IMG/VR virus record: IMGVR_UViG_3300021399_000098
DNA length: 64,000 nt
Reading direction: 5' to 3' (one strand)
Source: a virus
Taxonomy: Duplodnaviria > Caudoviricetes
Shown: piece by piece, positions 60,333 to 64,000 of the stretch
Position numbering within the stretch: position 1 is the stretch's first letter
Layout of the letters: each line of letters begins with the position of its first letter
Notes under the pieces: generated by a model
Seen by the model: the letters and a program-made list of their open reading frames with translations, nothing else
Told to the model about the DNA's origin: nothing
Database searches by the model: none
Program-made: the position numbers and the translations under genes

Positions 60333-60584
60333 ATGGTAGAACCAATTTTTAAAAAAGGAGATTACATTATTAATCGTAATGCTGGCGATATGGCAATCGT
60401 CAAAGGAGTGACAAAGAAAAGCTATTACCAGTTTGATGCTTACTATGGAGGGATGTTTAAAGAATTAAAAGACGTAAAAAATTCAAATTATGACTTGCAA
60501 GTAAACTATCAAAAATTCTGGGATTTTTGTACCGATGATGAAAAGAAAAAACTAAACGATATAATAAAAAAAGGAGAGAATTAA
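60333..60584 (+). CDS. Hypothetical protein
   Basis: 83 aa; starts with FKKGDYI (SH3-like). Confidence 0.6.
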   Translation: MVEPIFKKGDYIINRNAGDMAIVKGVTKKSYYQFDAYYGGMFKELKDVKNSNYDLQVNYQKFWDFCTDDEKKKLNDIIKKGEN

Positions 60585-60596
60585 TTCTCTCCTTTT
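60569..60596. terminator. Perfect 28-bp palindrome, bidirectional terminator
   Basis: aaaaggagagaattaattctctcctttt between convergent genes. Confidence 0.75.
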
Positions 60597-60611
60597 AATG
60601 CTTATTAAACT

Positions 60612-60863
60612 TTAGTAAAAATCTTTCATAAGTCTAGCTGGTCTTTTATTAACCGTACTTCTACCAATTTCTTTCAATATTTTATTCACAGACTCTTTAA
60701 CCATTTTATGAAGGTCTGATTCAGTTAGTCTTATAAGTTTCTTTTCTGTTTTCTTTGATTCTGCTTGTATGTTATTTTCTTTTTGTTCTTTTGAAGCTTG
60801 GTACATTTTTCCAAATCCCATAGCTTGTGCTAATTCAAATCCGTTTTTAAAAGGTAGTGCCAT
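60612..60863 (-). CDS. Small IRLTESDL-tagged protein
   Basis: KKLIRLTESDLHKMVKESVNKILKE. Confidence 0.7.
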   Translation of the reverse strand: MALPFKNGFELAQAMGFGKMYQASKEQKENNIQAESKKTEKKLIRLTESDLHKMVKESVNKILKEIGRSTVNKRPARLMKDFY

Positions 60864-60864
60864 A

Positions 60865-62271
60865 TTATTCATTATTTAATTGTTTCATTATTCCTTCGTA
60901 CATGAAATCTGCGACCTTCATAATAGAGTCAAAGACATCACTACAATTGCTTACGTTCATACCCCAATTGGCTAGGTAGTTAAAATGTTCTTGTTGACTT
61001 TCGTATCCTAATCCGCTCAAGACTAGCCAAGCACATAATTCAGCTTCTTGTTCAACAATATCTCTGCCTCTTAATGCGCTACCACCTCTATAAAACTTTT
61101 TAAGGTTTGGGTTTGTAGTGTGAACAACTTCCCAATGCATAATCTGATGCGCGGTTTCGTGTATTACTGTACTAAGCAATCCATGATTTCTTTTATCGTC
61201 AACGATTCTTACATCGCCATCAATACTAGCATAACCCCTAGAGCCACCAAGTTTGCTTTTATCAATAAATTCATAGCTTCTTACGCCAATTGATTTACCA
61301 AAACTAACACAAGCATCTATAAGAATCTTTTCTTTTTCGGTTTCATCACTATCTGCGTCATACCACTTGAAATTGTTTTCAGGAAATTCTTCTGCTCCTT
61401 CTCCCTTAATCAAATCCGAAATATCATATGCTATATAGTCTTTAAAACCGCCTTGTGTGTCTGGATATTTTGTTTCTCTGTCCAACCTTCTTTTTTGTGA
61501 TGGTGTTAATTCACTAATTGCTCTAACTCCTTCTCTATTAAGGAATTTCCTTACAATCTCATCATATTGAGCGCCATAAAACTTTTTGAATGATGCTGGT
61601 CTTGCCAAAACAATAGGTGTTGCGTCTGGTTTTGGCGTATAACCCATATCATTCCATTCGCCTTTTGAACGTACATCAGTTGCATTTCTTTTTTGTAAGA
61701 AAATAAGAATTGTATTTAGGAATGATAATTGATGGCCTCTATGTTTTGACATTTCAATTCTGAATCTAGACAATTCAGCCAAAGCCTCCATCGTCTCTCT
61801 GCTTCCAACACCTTGAATAAGTTTTTTCTTAAATTCCTCGGCATTGTCAATAATACCACTGCCATTAATACGAACTTGGCCACTTGCTTGCGCTTTCATA
61901 ATGACATCCTTCAATTGTTCGATTGATGCCAATACTTCTTCAATTGTTCTGTTATTCCCATTTTCTGGTGGCGTTTCTTGACTTCCAATTTCTTCAGCGA
62001 ATTTTTTTATTAAAGGATAAACCTCTTGTTCGCTTCCATCCCAAACAATCCATCCCCAAGCCTTTGGAACACCTTGTATGTTTCGTATATATCTGTTATA
62101 TGGTAGGTATTCCATACCATATTTTTTCATTAGCTCTTTGTTATCAAATGTGCTATCAGTTGACATATTAGGGTCAACATACACCAATTTGAAGCCTTTT
62201 CCGTTTTTCGTTCTTAAAACTGAATCATTCGTAGCTAACTCGTAATATTCTCTAATTAAACGCTTTTTCAT
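60865..62271 (-). CDS. ArdC-like ssDNA-binding domain plus zincin metallopeptidase protein
   Basis: LSFLNTILIFLQ...ATDVRSKGEWNDMG; HETAH...EQEAE motif. Confidence 0.75.
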   Translation of the reverse strand: MKKRLIREYYELATNDSVLRTKNGKGFKLVYVDPNMSTDSTFDNKELMKKYGMEYLPYNRYIRNIQGVPKAWGWIVWDGSEQEVYPLIKKFAEEIGSQETPPENGNNRTIEEVLASIEQLKDVIMKAQASGQVRINGSGIIDNAEEFKKKLIQGVGSRETMEALAELSRFRIEMSKHRGHQLSFLNTILIFLQKRNATDVRSKGEWNDMGYTPKPDATPIVLARPASFKKFYGAQYDEIVRKFLNREGVRAISELTPSQKRRLDRETKYPDTQGGFKDYIAYDISDLIKGEGAEEFPENNFKWYDADSDETEKEKILIDACVSFGKSIGVRSYEFIDKSKLGGSRGYASIDGDVRIVDDKRNHGLLSTVIHETAHQIMHWEVVHTTNPNLKKFYRGGSALRGRDIVEQEAELCAWLVLSGLGYESQQEHFNYLANWGMNVSNCSDVFDSIMKVADFMYEGIMKQLNNE

Positions 62272-62654
62272 TTTGGTAAAATTGTAATTAATAATTCCTC
62301 ACGTATTGGCATATTCAATATACCATTAGGATATGAATATGAATCATTTTTAACAGATGGGTCAAATATTATTTCAAACGTTCCTTTAAACGTTCCTGCT
62401 TCCTTTGTATCGTGTTTTTTCCAATCGTAGCATATAACATACTGCTCAGTGCAGTCATCGTTCTCACGGAGCTTTATATAGGCTTTATTTTTCGCCACCT
62501 TCGTCACGTTTGTATCTGCGTTCACCATCGTGAATGTAATATCAGCACCTTGTATGCATTCGTGAAACTTGTTGAAGTCATGTCTACCATCCTCTATAAG
62601 TTCCATCCTGAGTGTTGGAAGTGTGCTATTTTGAGTTATATAGAAATACTGCAT
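62268..62654 (-). CDS. BppU-like baseplate/adaptor domain protein
   Basis: YITQNSTLP.L...YDWKKHDTKEAGTFKGTFEI...MP. Confidence 0.55.
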   Translation of the reverse strand: MQYFYITQNSTLPTLRMELIEDGRHDFNKFHECIQGADITFTMVNADTNVTKVAKNKAYIKLRENDDCTEQYVICYDWKKHDTKEAGTFKGTFEIIFDPSVKNDSYSYPNGILNMPIREELLITILPK

Positions 62655-62674
62655 AATTGTTTTTTTTTAGTTAA

Positions 62675-63154
62675 TTAATCATCCCAAGAACCTTCATCCC
62701 AGTCATCATCATGCCATTCCATTTCTTTATTTCTGAGCATATCTGAAAGTGGACTATTTGTAATTGGTCTTCCCATTTCGTCATATCCAATAATATAAAC
62801 TCCAGGAAATAACTCTTTGCCAATTCCATTTCTTCCTATTTTACCATCAATTACATTACCATTATTATATCCTTTCGTAAATCCCCTATTTAAACGCTCA
62901 GGATGGGCTTTATTGTATTCACGGTAGTAACCTTTCCTATGGCGGTCTTTTTGTTGTTTAGATGGCTTAATTTTAGGCTTATTTGTGGGATTTTGTTTTT
63001 CTGCTTCTTTAGCAGCTTTTTGTTTTGCATAACGCTCTTTCCAATAGCCTTCTCTATGACGGTCTAGTTTATCTTTAAAATATCCTTCTCTATGTCTATC
63101 AGCTTCAGAGATTATTTTATTAATTTCTTCTTTTATAATTTTTCTAATATTCAT
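62675..63154 (-). CDS. Basic protein with DRHR(E/K)GY repeats and tag-like leader
   Basis: MNIRKIIKEEINKIISE; three DRHR.GY repeats; TATTTATA at 63168-63175. Confidence 0.65.
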   Translation of the reverse strand: MNIRKIIKEEINKIISEADRHREGYFKDKLDRHREGYWKERYAKQKAAKEAEKQNPTNKPKIKPSKQQKDRHRKGYYREYNKAHPERLNRGFTKGYNNGNVIDGKIGRNGIGKELFPGVYIIGYDEMGRPITNSPLSDMLRNKEMEWHDDDWDEGSWDD

Positions 63155-63179
63155 AAGCATTTTTATATATAAATATAAT

Positions 63180-64000
63180 TTAGTCACCTTTTCTCCACAC
63201 ATATTTAAATAAACCACAATCCCATATCCTATCATATCCAAGTTCTTTCGCCATTTCTAGCTCTGTCATTGTCATTGGGAAATCATACTTTTTGTGTAAT
63301 ATTGATTTACACATAGACATTTTATGGACACGTTTGTATTTATCAACTTTTTCATTATAATATCTATAATCTGGTTTTGTTATTGATTCTAGTACGAAAC
63401 CAAGTTTGGTATATAGATTGTTATTGCTCCAAGGTGTCCACCTTCTGTCTGCAAATGATACAACAGCTTCAGACTCATATTTCCTTACAAAATAAGCAAA
63501 CATTTTACTAGCAACTCCTTGGTATATGTAATGATAATCAGTTGCGAATCTAGTAAGCTCCCACCCATTGTTTGTGACATTACCATTTTTTAGTGCCATT
63601 ACTGCAACGAGTTTATCTTGGTAGAACCCACCAATATAAACAGTATTCTTATAAAATCCTTGAATATGAAACTTATCTAGAAATTCTTTAGCATCATTAC
63701 TTAATATTTCACGGACTTGGATTTTACGCCCAGCTATTCGTTGCAAATTATAATCCTTACCAAGTATATGTTTTATTTTCGTCAATACAATATCTTTATG
63801 GTTAATGTATTCATCTTCAAAAATATGAATTAATCCATATCCTTTCTCATTGCATTGTAACGTTTTTCCTAAGTGATATTTATGATTTTTCTTGCCAAAA
63901 AATTCACTATGCCACTTTAAACCATCAAATTCAATACCAATTCTAACACTTGGGACTAATATATCAATTTCCCTACCTATTAAAATTTGTCTGTTTGCAT
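63180..64000 (-). CDS. Hef-like homing endonuclease (PD-(D/E)XK type), 3' part; runs off the right edge
   Basis: Frame is open to the edge: EIDILVP...IGIEFDGLKWHS...LIHIFEDE, then WELTRF, SFADRRW and RIWDCG. Confidence 0.75.
   Translation of the reverse strand, partial: ANRQILIGREIDILVPSVRIGIEFDGLKWHSEFFGKKNHKYHLGKTLQCNEKGYGLIHIFEDEYINHKDIVLTKIKHILGKDYNLQRIAGRKIQVREILSNDAKEFLDKFHIQGFYKNTVYIGGFYQDKLVAVMALKNGNVTNNGWELTRFATDYHYIYQGVASKMFAYFVRKYESEAVVSFADRRWTPWSNNNLYTKLGFVLESITKPDYRYYNEKVDKYKRVHKMSMCKSILHKKYDFPMTMTELEMAKELGYDRIWDCGLFKYVWRKGD

Noticed and set aside
1-64000. Assignment to a named phage clade such as Lak or crAss-like
   Set aside because: No terminase, portal or full capsid gene is in the window and no recoding is evident, so this cannot be supported without a search.

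Overview
This 64-kb window is a densely coding, AT-rich segment of a large, T4-like-organised tailed phage. A gpV/gp5-like spike suggests a contractile tail. The host is probably Bacteroidota, because four TTTG-N19/20-TAnnTTTG promoters precede early or replication genes. The left end (1-3929, minus strand) is a diversity-generating retroelement in BPP-1 order: fibre-like target gene with a C-terminal VR, hairpin, avd, TR, structured spacer, and the 5' end of the RT. TR and VR align over 93 nt, with 21 of 22 mismatches at TR adenines. The RT 5' end appears frameshifted by one extra unit of a GCAAA tandem repeat. Other content includes several modular fibre/coiled-coil proteins, a family B DNA polymerase with a 355-aa LAGLIDADG intein, dUTPase, an IMPDH/GMPR-family enzyme, four glycosyltransferases plus RmlC, PhoH, an SNF2 helicase, a gp55-like sigma factor and a Hef-like endonuclease. 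Two window-wide patterns stand out. First, a sense-strand TATTTAT(A) motif (the reverse complement of the T4 late promoter) lies before about 16 structural or cargo genes. Second, a shared peptide tag (IRLTESDLHxIVKESVNxILxE and weaker (I/L)xE variants) is fused to unrelated cargo domains (kinase, ART, PRTase-HAD, ArdC-peptidase, WYL), suggesting head-packaged, injected effectors. No tRNA, rRNA or CRISPR array was seen. All family calls come from reading motifs by eye, not from database searches.
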